From assembly GCA_965644295.1 (NCBI GenBank), contig CBFFRP010000141.1:186001-250000 (forward strand): 64,000 nt of DNA, written 5' to 3'. Position 1 is the stretch's first letter; each line of letters starts with the position of its first letter. Origin of the DNA: Paraphysomonas bandaiensis. Taxonomy: Eukaryota > Protista > Chrysophyceae. A program made the position numbers and the translations under genes. The notes under the pieces were generated by a model. It was not told the origin of the DNA. It did no database searches and was given only the letters and a program-made list of their open reading frames with translations. Shown here one piece after another: positions 21,069 through 33,136 of the stretch.

Positions 21069-23165
21069 CCTCTTGTAAGTCGCGATCGTGATGACTGTAT
21101 CTCTGACAATATATAGTTTGCGAAAATGATACCGTGAATTGGCTACCATTTTCAGAATAAATAGGTCGCTTTATAGTAAGTGGTGTATAGGCTATCGAGC
21201 GCTGCATTTGCAGGATTCATATGTATACTACAAGTAAATTTAAATGAATCCTATCTTATAACAAGAATTTAGTTATAGACCGAGTGGAGAAAAAATGTGT
21301 TGGAATGCGTGTTTATGACCGCCTATTTGCACACGTAATTCAAGTACTTTTCATTGAACTTGGTGATGAAATTAAAAATAACATGCGATAAGGTCGTCAA
21401 AGCTGGATTGGATACACTTTTTATAAAACGTTGTAAAGCAGTAGTGTAAGCTTGATGCTTCAGCAAGTTGCTGAAGATCGATGAAACGAGCTGTATATTC
21501 CAGTGTTTACTTTCTTGAGAGGCTTTAAAAAATCATGATTGAATGAAGAATCATACAAATATATACCTAGAAAACTTCAAAGTTGATTTTGACACCTGAA
21601 TGTCGAAACATGAGTTTATATCCTCTTCCTTCACCATGCCAAAAACATATTGTGGGATGCTACTACTATGTGTGAGAGCACTTGAAAGGCGTATTTTAAT
21701 GGCATTTGAATTACTTGTGAAGAATACAGAAGTTATTGACAGTATTACATGAACTCTAGTGACATGAAAGGTACTATACTTATTATAGCGACACTGAAAT
21801 ACTTTGACTGTATATTATAATCGTGTCAATCTATGATCTGATAATATTGAGTGGTAGTTGAGAGTATATAATATTAGATATTGTGTTGAAAAACAACAAT
21901 GCATGTTGAGATATTATATCGATAATAATCTTAATAATTGAGTATCGAGTGTATACAACATTCAGTAAATTTTGTTTGTGCCGTCCAATTATGTCGTGTA
22001 GTGAATGTCTTATTATTAGTAATAGATGATTACGAGTCAGGACTAATTTAGCACGCATTTTAACTAACTAATTTGGCTATGAGTGGGCAAAACAATATCT
22101 TGTGACTATATATATGCGGTTCACGTTAGTTTCCCGGAAATGTGTCCGGTACTTATCCCCCATAACCCCACGAAAAGGTGCGAGTCCGACTTTGTGGATG
22201 GCTCTACTCTATATAGCATCATACAATCAATATATTTCGATTTCACTAACATAATTATTATTCATGTTGTATCATTAGTTCATATAATACTGTTTACATC
22301 ATCTACAGTGTTCTTTTAAATAACGCTCATATTATTTCAAATGCTTGAAATCACAGGTGTTAATTGCTTATAGACAAGCAACACTCAACATTAACAATCG
22401 TTCCTTCCATGTCAAGTTATGACACAATAGGATGATTTACTAAAAGTTAACTGGACGTTTATTTACTCATTAATCAAGTTAAGATGAGGGAAGATTATAT
22501 AATAAATATAATAAACAATATATCACGTTATCTCTACTACCACTCATTTCTAGTACGATCTTATATGCATCGTCACTATCTTCTTGTATGATGGTCAATA
22601 TATATTCAGTTCTCATTACTTCTCATAATAAAGTTAACCACCACTACTACTGTATTCTCGAGTAACCGTCATAATTCCAATATCTTAGAATTACAGCTTG
22701 TAATTGCTTAAACAGCAAAACTCAACACTCCCTCTCAATTCAAAGCTGTACACTGAATATTGTCAAACCACGAATCATAACTGACGGACACGCAACCACC
22801 AAGACCTCATGAGCTGTACATTGAATCTTCACATCGCAAGACATAACTGACGGATACGCAACCAATTAACGAACTTCGCGTATATATTATGCCTTGGTCT
22901 CTCTACAATTAGACATATTATTATGTTAGTTATTAGATACAGTCAATAATGTCATCACACAGATTGACAATATATCTCCTCATCATGGAGAAGGTTTACC
23001 TCACCCAAGGTGGACACACTAGTCAACGCCCGTACGCTTACCACACAAGTCTCCCTAGACTCAGCAGGTACAGTACCACTGATCTCACTAGACACAAAAA
23101 GGTACAGTCTCACCGTCACGATTTGCACTGATCTCACTAGACTTAGTATACACAGTATCACTATA

Positions 23166-23476
23166 GGCAAAGTATGAAGGGACATTCTCTTCCCTGGAAT
23201 CTCATCCGCCGTATAGACTTATTGGGCGCACCACCCGAAGCCGGCGTGTAGATGAAGATCCACCTCTTTTGTCATCACAAAAACGAGGTTTTTATTAGTA
23301 CAGCCGTCTCACTAGATACAGCACCCGCACTACTCTCTGGCAAAGTACGAAGGGACATTCTCTTCCCTGGAATCTCATCCGCCGTGTAGACTTATTGGGT
23401 GTTCCCCACGAAGCCGGCGTGTAGATGAAGACCCACCTCTCTTGTCGACACAAGCATGAGGTTTTTAGTACAGCCG
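23166..23476. repeat. Direct repeat of ~140 bp x2 (period 173) with multi-hairpin potential inside the LTR element
   Basis: GGCAAAGTA..GGGACATTCTCTTCCCTGGAATCTCATCCGCCG..CGGCGTGTAGATGAAGA..ACCTC..GAGGTTTTT occurs at 23166 and 23339. Confidence 0.9.
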
Positions 23477-24008
23477 GCGGTTATACACGTCTATATCGAC
23501 TATATACGATGGCCGAACTCTGCAACAGCTCAAACCAGTGGGTCACTCTTGACAAGCTCATCATCGATAGGACTCCATCTATCTCATGAGGAACTACTCT
23601 CATCATATATAACACAATTGACACGACTCCTGATCACTTGCACTCCCATCAATAGCACTGCACCCCCATCCACACAATCAGACACATTACTGAATCACCG
23701 TGTTCACACTCTGCACATGGGTAGAGATCATTCTGATAAATATACGGGGTCTCTTCAGAAGGTTCATACATTCATCAACCACATAGCTACAGTACATCAT
23801 AGCAACAGCAGTCATCTTTTCCAGTCTACTTTTTCTGTCTTATGTTCGTATGAAAAACCCCGTTTTTATATATCCTGGTTTTACATCCTATATACTGTAT
23901 GTTTCTACTATACAAAGCAGTATCACTCGAGCCCTACAAGTCGTATGGACTCCTGCTTCTCTGTCCAGTTACATTCCAATGGTCACACTTCAGCAGTTGT
24001 TTCCAACT

Positions 24009-24022
24009 ACCATCCGCTACCA
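24009..24022 (-). promoter_or_regulatory. Primer-binding site, probably for tRNA-iMet
   Basis: TGGTAGCGGATGGT directly after the LTR end is complementary to a ...UCCGCUACCA 3' end, consistent with the A1-U72 initiator-type acceptor stem. Confidence 0.65.
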
Positions 24023-24605
24023 TGTTAGAAATTGACATTTCCGGTAATAAGGCCTTGATAAACACTTATATAGAATATTATATAATTATAAGAGATACCA
24101 TACTTCATTCTTTGACGTTCACCAACTATTTTTATCTCTACTACACCAACCATTTCTAGTACGATCTTACATCGTCACTATCTTATACGGTCAGTATATT
24201 TCAGTTTCATCACTACAATGGCTATCATATTATTGGTTCTCATAATACAGTTAGCTACTACTGTATTCTTTGTGTAACGGATATAATTCAAATATCTTAG
24301 AATCTACAGCCTTTAATTGCTCACAAACAGCAAAACTCAACATTCCAAGTTCATAGAGTGACGAGGAATACACTTACATATAGTTCATCGAGTCCAGGGT
24401 ATGACACCATCCACCCTATGTCTGCAATTTTCTTACTCATAGCTACCTTGTATTGATGGATTTTACATTCGTGATTTTTTTTTCAGTCAAGTGTGCAGAC
24501 AAGTAATGCCTTCGGCAAGTGAAGTAATATATGGCCATACATCTATCTTTAATATTATTTATAGTAAATTAAGTACGTGCATTGGTTCAAATGTGAAGGA
24601 TATCA

Positions 24606-26204
24606 CTAATCGCAAGTGCTATTCACTAAAGATTTCCTCCTTATTGCAAGAGATTCAATATAGTCTTTAGATGTAGGCAAGCCATTCGACATAGCAGTTT
24701 TGTCACCCTTGGCTATAATGGACGACGCCCACGTCCGCTCCGCGTGTTCGCATACATCTTTTATATCTCTACTGGAGAAACCTTCAGATCCTGCGGCCAG
24801 ATCATGCAGGGCAACTCTTCCTAATTGCTTCGCGTAACGTTTAAACACAGCCATTCTTGTTTCATGGTCAGGAAGATCATATCGTACCGTTACATCAAAC
24901 CTAGACAACAGGGCACTATCGAGATCCTTCTTTCTGTTCGTCGCACATATTAGGATGCTTTTCCCGCGCCCGCTAAATCCTTCCACTCTCTGGAGAATGA
25001 CAGATAGAATGCGCCTTGTAGCTTCATGCATTTGGGAGTTGTCCCTTGACCCGACAAGGGCATCGATTTCATCAATAAATATAACTGCACCACCTAGTGC
25101 ATCACAGGCATCGAATATCTGTGAGAGTTTTTTTTCACTATCTCCGTACCACTTAGAAGCAATTGTTTCAACTGGAAGGTGAATCATCGGACGGTTTGAT
25201 TCGTTGGCGATAATTCGAGCCGTAAGGGTCTTCCCTGTGCCAGGAGGGCCTTCTAGAAGAACAGCCTTCGGACGGTTACTCTCGAATGATTCCCGAGTGT
25301 ACTTCGTGATGTTATCGTACACATCTGGGTGTAAGAGTGGGGTAAGAATAGTGTTTTTGATCTCCCGCTTAACTGCTGAGTACCCGGCAAGGGATTCCCA
25401 AGAGAGGTCCGTTTCCCCACTGCGGTGTACAGACACCCCTAGACCTTCCAATTTACCAACTGGGTCCTCCGTTGCCTCGGTTGTTGTGTCAGGATTGGTT
25501 CGTGCGTCGCGGCCGTACTGTCGAGATGATTGCGGGATATTGCCAGGTAAGCCCTGAGTCACTCGTGTGGGGTTCAAAAGCGCATGCTCATAACCTCTTA
25601 CGACATGATTCAAATCCTCGTCACTGAATCCACCATCTTTGTAAAGGGACAAAACAGATCCACCCCTACCACTAATTGTAAAACTACTTCTACCACAAGA
25701 TGATACAAACGATACTATTTTACCCACTCCACTTGGATCATCGCTTATCGAATGTAATTCGACGTTTCCATCCAGAATTCTAATCCAATTGGAAACTACT
25801 TCCCAAATACTAGTTGGCTGAACACTTCGAAGTTCTATAATATGCACTTCATCTTTTCCCTTTCCTTCAAACCGAAGTCGAAAAGACACTTCACCATTCA
25901 TCCATGCACCTGCATGCTGTCGCTTTATATCCTGCACTCGTTTCTTTAATTCACCTCTCAACTCCTCTCTTGAATACGAGTGACCTGCTGCTTCTGCGGT
26001 AGATAGAGAGAAATACGGAGACAGAGCGGGAGAAGCAGTAAGGGAAAGAGCTAGGACGAGTGCAAGAGCTGGGGCTGATGATGTCGAGGGCGAGGATGAG
26101 GAGGAGGGGGGGGCGGGGAGCAATTGACTGCTCTGCAAACACACATACGCACGTCTCATAGCCGCCCTCAGAGACACAGACATAGTCCTGAAGCTGCTGA
26201 ACAT
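24606..26204 (-). CDS. Single-domain AAA+ ATPase with probable organellar N-terminal targeting peptide
   Basis: Walker A GPPGTGKT, Walker B IFIDEID, sensor ICATNR and SRH LDSALLSRF; Ser/Arg-rich N-terminus; intronless. Confidence 0.92.
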   Translation of the reverse strand: MFSSFRTMSVSLRAAMRRAYVCLQSSQLLPAPPSSSSSPSTSSAPALALVLALSLTASPALSPYFSLSTAEAAGHSYSREELRGELKKRVQDIKRQHAGAWMNGEVSFRLRFEGKGKDEVHIIELRSVQPTSIWEVVSNWIRILDGNVELHSISDDPSGVGKIVSFVSSCGRSSFTISGRGGSVLSLYKDGGFSDEDLNHVVRGYEHALLNPTRVTQGLPGNIPQSSRQYGRDARTNPDTTTEATEDPVGKLEGLGVSVHRSGETDLSWESLAGYSAVKREIKNTILTPLLHPDVYDNITKYTRESFESNRPKAVLLEGPPGTGKTLTARIIANESNRPMIHLPVETIASKWYGDSEKKLSQIFDACDALGGAVIFIDEIDALVGSRDNSQMHEATRRILSVILQRVEGFSGRGKSILICATNRKKDLDSALLSRFDVTVRYDLPDHETRMAVFKRYAKQLGRVALHDLAAGSEGFSSRDIKDVCEHAERTWASSIIAKGDKTAMSNGLPTSKDYIESLAIRRKSLVNSTCD

Positions 26205-26686
26205 CGATACGGGCTAATCTCTGTGGTGGAACTTACTCTCTTCTATGAACAGTCTGACTGCAAAGAGCTGTGAGTGTGCGTATACGTGTATAGCAGCCTG
26301 CCTTTTCTAGATGATGGACATTACGTGCAGAAGGGAGGTCTATCCGTTCAGTGTATTGCACGGGTAGTTCTGTACGCATATCCAGCCAATCACTAATTGA
26401 GTGGTACTGTAAAGGTACAGAGGTACTGCTGTACCAAGGTGTACAGTATGTAGATCTGTATGTCTGTGTGTATGTCGAGTACATCGCAGTGTGGTGTGGT
26501 CTGTAGCATGCGTATATGTCCGTGTCGTAGAGCACAGCACAGGTGAGCATACATTGCAAAGGACTCAAGAAAGCTCTCGTTAGCTGTGAATACATAAACT
26601 TCTTCTTTTACGTGAAGAAGATATTCAGGACACTAAATTTGAAGTGTTCGCTTGGTGTTCCTTTAGCCAGCAGAAGAATCATATCG

Positions 26687-28131
<1,445 letters not shown>

Positions 28132-29299
28132 GCCTGTGCCACCCATCCGTTGACATACTACGGAATCTCATCGATAGTTCGAATGTTGGTTTGATCTAGT
28201 TTTTGTCTCAAATGATTAACTCGAAACTGCACCTAGTAGATTATGGTTGTAGAGTTACAGTTGTTGTGGTTTTGTAACTCCAATGGTTTGATGTTTTGCA
28301 GCATTTATGGTCCGGTTAAGAATTCTAGTTAACTTCGTAATTAATTATTTTCTGTTGAAGGAAATTTCAAAATAGATTGCCAATTAATTCAAGAAAATGA
28401 TGTTACTAAATTTTAACGGCATATACTATTGTTAGAAATAAAAATACGTAGACAATGTTCCTACCGATATAGTCAAAAACTAGAAATTTTACCATGTAAA
28501 TTATTGCAATTTTGAGCAATTAAAAACAATATTTCAAAACGTTTTGAAGTATAGCCGTTACATGAACAATGCGGTATTTGCTGAAGTTGTTAATTGAGTG
28601 ATTTCAACGTTCTGTTAATTAAGTTTTAACCATTCCAATCAGGCTTGCGTAATAATTAATTAGTGACAGGTATGCAGCAATCATCCAGTTATTAGCATTG
28701 CTGTTAATTAAAAATTATTGCCAATTAATTGCCATTGATTCTATTGATAACTTTCTGAACTATAATCTCATCCCAAAGGTGCCTCTTTGTACACAGACAC
28801 ACAGAGAGGTGGGAGAAAAGCACGGGGACGCTTAAGCTGTTTAGGCTTTCTTGCTGAGCAAGAAAGGCTAACCCTACCCCTAACCCTAATCGTATATATA
28901 ATAACGTCAATAAAATACTATACTTTAAATAGTAATTAATCATCTTATATATTAAATTTTTAATACTCTTCTATAATAATATTAAAAATACTATACTTTA
29001 AATAATACTCTTGAATAAATAAATTATGATAAGCACTGGTATCCAATAATTCTAGTCCATTATTGTGGCACGCACGCACACTATGGCTTCTCTGCATGAG
29101 TGCTATACAATTTCTTCATGCAGCGACATCGTGTTGACACTTGATGGGTTCTTTCTTGCGCTTTGGTTGTCCTTATATATATGTAAACGAATGGCCTCGT
29201 CTTTCCATATAAATAGATCTGATTATTACATGAGAGAACTTGTTGCATTTATCTATCTATTACTTTAGACTAATTGTAACACAAATATGAAATGATCAG

Positions 29300-30790
29300 T
29301 TATCTCGGGACTGCTTGTGCATTGCTGCAAGCACCTTGGTGCAACCATCCCTAAAATCCTCGTCTTTCCATATATATAATGATAACAATCTTTCCCTCTG
29401 TCCTTCGAGACCAGTTGACACTAGAAACTTTCGAGATCAACTCTATGGGCAAACTCAAGACTGGCCGGGCTCCTGCTACAGGGAGGATAGTGGCGCTATG
29501 CTCCATCACAACTTGCCCTTGCGGACAGTCGTTCCAAGATGGACCGATAGAGCTCATATCTCAAACAACGAATCCTCAACGCTGTGCTAACATGGGATAA
29601 ATTGAAATAGAGCCAAAGCAAAATGTGGCCTTGACCCACCGACAAGTAAGTCCACATGCACCTATTGCGGTTACCAGATTTTCTAAAACATACATATGTT
29701 CCTTGACTGTACCCATGATTCTATCAGTCAAACACGGGAAACAAAGAAGGCTTCAAGCCTTGTGGAGCAAGACACTACCGCCTTGGATAGCCCCAATAAG
29801 TCGTGGGACTCATCACTCCCTCAGAGAGGTAGAAAGATTCTGGACAGACATATCATTACTCAAACTCAACTCGAAGCAGTCTGTGGCTCACAAATCCACT
29901 GAAGACTGACCTCGCGTGGACTAAGCACTCTAAAAAATGCGGTGGTGAGAATACTTCAACCACTATTTGCAGCACCCAAACAGATAGTTTGCTTCCTCAA
30001 GAAGGGCTCCACCTAGACTCTCTCCGAAACACGTAGTAGTAAGCAGCCAAAATCCGGTGAAGACAACCGCGGGTCCTCCGACTTCTAGTAGGAGTGGCAA
30101 AAGACGGTATGTGCCCTATACCTAATCCCGCTCCAGGTTACAGTTCCCTCCACGATTCGATCTCTAGCTTTCACCACACAACCCATAAGTTCCCCCACTT
30201 CGGACCCGATGGTGCCTCAGTAGGGAATCTCAGCTGGGCGAATGAACACATCTCCTATATACTCTTCTAACACTTTCACGCCCCCCCACACGCAAACTTC
30301 AACGTAAGCGCCTCCACCAGCTCTATTTACGTCCAACTTATACACTGCAGTCAGCGGCTCCCCGAAAAATTACAGGTTCTACGCCTCTACCTCTAGCGCC
30401 ATCTCACTATCGGAACACTATCCTCTATCATTTTCAGAACTCTGGCCCTCCTTTAAGCTTCGCGGACCCCTACCCCAAAGGGCGCCCCCCTGATAAACCG
30501 AAGGATTAGACGTCCGTCGGCAGCTCCCACACTTGCTTAAAAGGACTCGAAATCCTGAAGTCAGCAGATGTCAGGTATGTCAACATTCTGCTTGCATAGG
30601 GCGATTGAGGATAGAGTGAGACTAGTGAGAGTAGTTGCGCCTTGGTGCTTGCGGTGAAGCACAAGCAGCTTTCGCAGTGCTGAGTTAGTAGGATATCAGA
30701 GTTAAACACTAGTTAGTTGTTAGTTAACATGCAATGCTAAATTAGTTCTGGCACTTACACGCCTGTTGCTAATAGTCAGACATTCACACT
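29300..30790 (+). mobile_element. Degenerate non-LTR retrotransposon (LINE) 3' portion; boundaries approximate
   Basis: Frameshifted WDK..AKAKCGLDPPTSKSTCTYCGYQ..HMFLDCTH is a CCHC zinc knuckle of the ORF2 C-terminal type. Downstream segments recur at 36565-36792, 38450-38590 (inverted) and 38803-38975. Confidence 0.55.
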
Positions 30791-31022
30791 TATGTAGAAA
30801 CAAACTAACGACTTCCATCATCCTGGTAAATAATACTCCTTGGTAGGTTCATTTTACTAATAATTTCATTCATAGGTTAGTTTGAAATATTTGCTACACA
30901 ACAAGGCAAACAGAGAACACCCCGCCAACAAATGTTTATTAGGAATGACACCAACAAGATTTCAACAAGAATGTCGTGAAACACGAATGCTGTACCACCG
31001 CTGCCATAATATCTAGCCTACT

Positions 31023-32279
31023 TCAAGACAAATGATTTGGAGATTCATCAAAGAGGTGGCTAAGAATGTACGCCTGTGACAAAATCGGTTCCACTTCCTC
31101 CTCTCCCCACTCAGAAGTGGGAAGGTCCTGCAGGAAGAGAAGTATATCTTGGAACTGCATCGTCCGAAGATTTTCACTATACATCTTGAGCAGGACAGCA
31201 CACACATATACATGAAAATTTTCAAAGCCGGTTCGTTCCTCTGAAAGATATGTATCCCACACTCTCAGTATAGCTTTCAATGGTAGTTCTCTAAGCAGCG
31301 CGCAATTCATCCAGCGAAAGGCAAACTGCATATATTGGACGCATTGTTCCTCGAAGTGCTTATGCAAATCTATATCTATACGACGAATTAAATCCTCGAG
31401 ACGCAGAACCATACGTTGCAATCCCGGTTGCGAAAATGTATAATGATCTTGTATATTATCCATTAGTTTGGTAAGGCACCAGTATGAGTCCGCTTCAACA
31501 TTGAGCACTGTTTGGTCGTCCAGCAGGGCGACATCACAGCGTAACACGTCATCAACGAAAGGGTGCATGAAAACAAGCAGTATCGGTGTCAGAAGATCGT
31601 TCATTCCTTGAACGTACCCACTAGCAGGGTGTCGAATGGACCATATGTAGAGTATACGCTCCATTGCTTTCTGTATCGCTGCTTGATGGAAGAAAGGAGT
31701 ATTGGGCGATGTGCGAGGAAGATCCACTAATATCTGTCGAAGAGTTTCACCCTCTTGGGAGGTTCTTTCATCGTCAGTTATATCAAAATAGGTTGGGATA
31801 GAATCAAAATATTCCTTCCGCTTTCTATTAATGGCAGTCTCGCGGCGGCCCTTGTTAGTTGGCATATATCCTAGAAGTAGTTGCCACACCATCGGTCTAA
31901 ACTTAGCAGGAACACCATTCCAGCTCAGCTTTCGCAGTGCATTTAAATCTACATTCTCAGCGTTCAGTATTTTTTCAATTTTATTGAAGTGATATGACTT
32001 CTGAGACGTTTGTTGTGCAGTGGCATTCGGCATACTGGCAGAGGACTGAAGCGGCGCATCGCTCATGGATTCTTTTGTGTCAGCACTTCCCGTCAACTGC
32101 TTCGTAGATGGCACAAATATTGAATACGATGACAGTCCTTCACCACTTCTAGCAGGTGTTGGTGACCCATTCCGACTGTGAGACTGGACCGCTTTAACAG
32201 TTCCTGGTAGCGGCCTATCCCCTCCAGCTTTGCGCCACCTCTTGAAGAAACCACTCCCATGATCGTCACCTCCTTCCAT
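31023..32279 (-). CDS. TBC1D22: Rab-GAP TBC domain protein, TBC1D22/Gyp1 subfamily
   Basis: LRKLSWNGVP, QILVDLPRT (R finger), HPASGYVQGMNDL (Q finger), EADSYWCL and QFAFRWMNC. Confidence 0.95.
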   Translation of the reverse strand: MEGGDDHGSGFFKRWRKAGGDRPLPGTVKAVQSHSRNGSPTPARSGEGLSSYSIFVPSTKQLTGSADTKESMSDAPLQSSASMPNATAQQTSQKSYHFNKIEKILNAENVDLNALRKLSWNGVPAKFRPMVWQLLLGYMPTNKGRRETAINRKRKEYFDSIPTYFDITDDERTSQEGETLRQILVDLPRTSPNTPFFHQAAIQKAMERILYIWSIRHPASGYVQGMNDLLTPILLVFMHPFVDDVLRCDVALLDDQTVLNVEADSYWCLTKLMDNIQDHYTFSQPGLQRMVLRLEDLIRRIDIDLHKHFEEQCVQYMQFAFRWMNCALLRELPLKAILRVWDTYLSEERTGFENFHVYVCAVLLKMYSENLRTMQFQDILLFLQDLPTSEWGEEEVEPILSQAYILSHLFDESPNHLS

Positions 32280-32378
32280 TGCTCCAACTTGTACTTATAG
32301 AACACTCATTATTTCAACAAAATCAATGAATTTTTCATATTTCTTGCACATGTAACACCCTGTACACTCAGGTTAAAC

Positions 32379-32911
32379 TACATACATACATGCATACATA
32401 CATACATGCATACATACATACATACATACATACATACATACATACATACATACATACATACATACATACATACATACATACATACATACATACATACATA
32501 CATACATACATACATACATACATACATACATACATACATACATACATACATACATACATACATACATACATACATACATACATACATACATACATACATA
32601 CATACATACATACATACATACATACATACATACATACATACATACATACATACATACATACATACATACATACATACATACTGTACATACATACATACAT
32701 ACATACATACATACATACATACATACATACATACATACATACATACATACATACATACATACATACATACATACATACATACATACATACATACATACAT
32801 ACATACATACATACATACATACATACATACATACATACATACATACATACATACATACATACATACATACATACATACATACATACATACATACATACAT
32901 ACATACATACA

Positions 32912-32945
<34 letters not shown>

Positions 32946-32965
32946 CATACATACATACATACATA
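32379..32965. repeat. (CATA)n microsatellite, ~146 units
   Basis: Directly visible; interrupted by CTGTA at ~32681 and a few point variants. Confidence 0.99.
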
Positions 32966-33136
32966 TCATGTTGCATCTTCATGGTTTGAAGCCTTACATC
33001 AATCCTCTGTTGGGTATATACATGCACACTATTTGTGAGGTTGCTTTATACTCTATCAGTGTATACTTATTTTGTGGCGATATCGAACGCTGTTAAGCGC
33101 AGTAGTGATAGTTGGAAAGGAGCTGGTTGTGGTGGT

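Larger units (their letters stand above)
22410..24342 (-). mobile_element. Non-autonomous (TRIM-like) LTR retrotransposon; LTRs 24023-24342 (5') and 22410-22727 (3')
   Basis: Two ~320-bp TG..CA segments share a clearly similar ~200-bp part ending CAGCAAAACTCAACA. PBS TGGTAGCGGA follows the 5' LTR, PPT GAGAGGGAG precedes the 3' LTR, TTCCA lies on both flanks, and no gag/pol ORF is seen. Confidence 0.8.

Noticed and set aside
22410-24342. Hammerhead retrozyme or 5S-bearing Cassandra element
   Set aside because: No CTGANGA/GAAA core in a suitable stem context and no 5S similarity seen.
32368-33038. (MYVC)n and (HTYI)n ORFs, also at 55400-55806
   Set aside because: Translations of tetranucleotide microsatellites.
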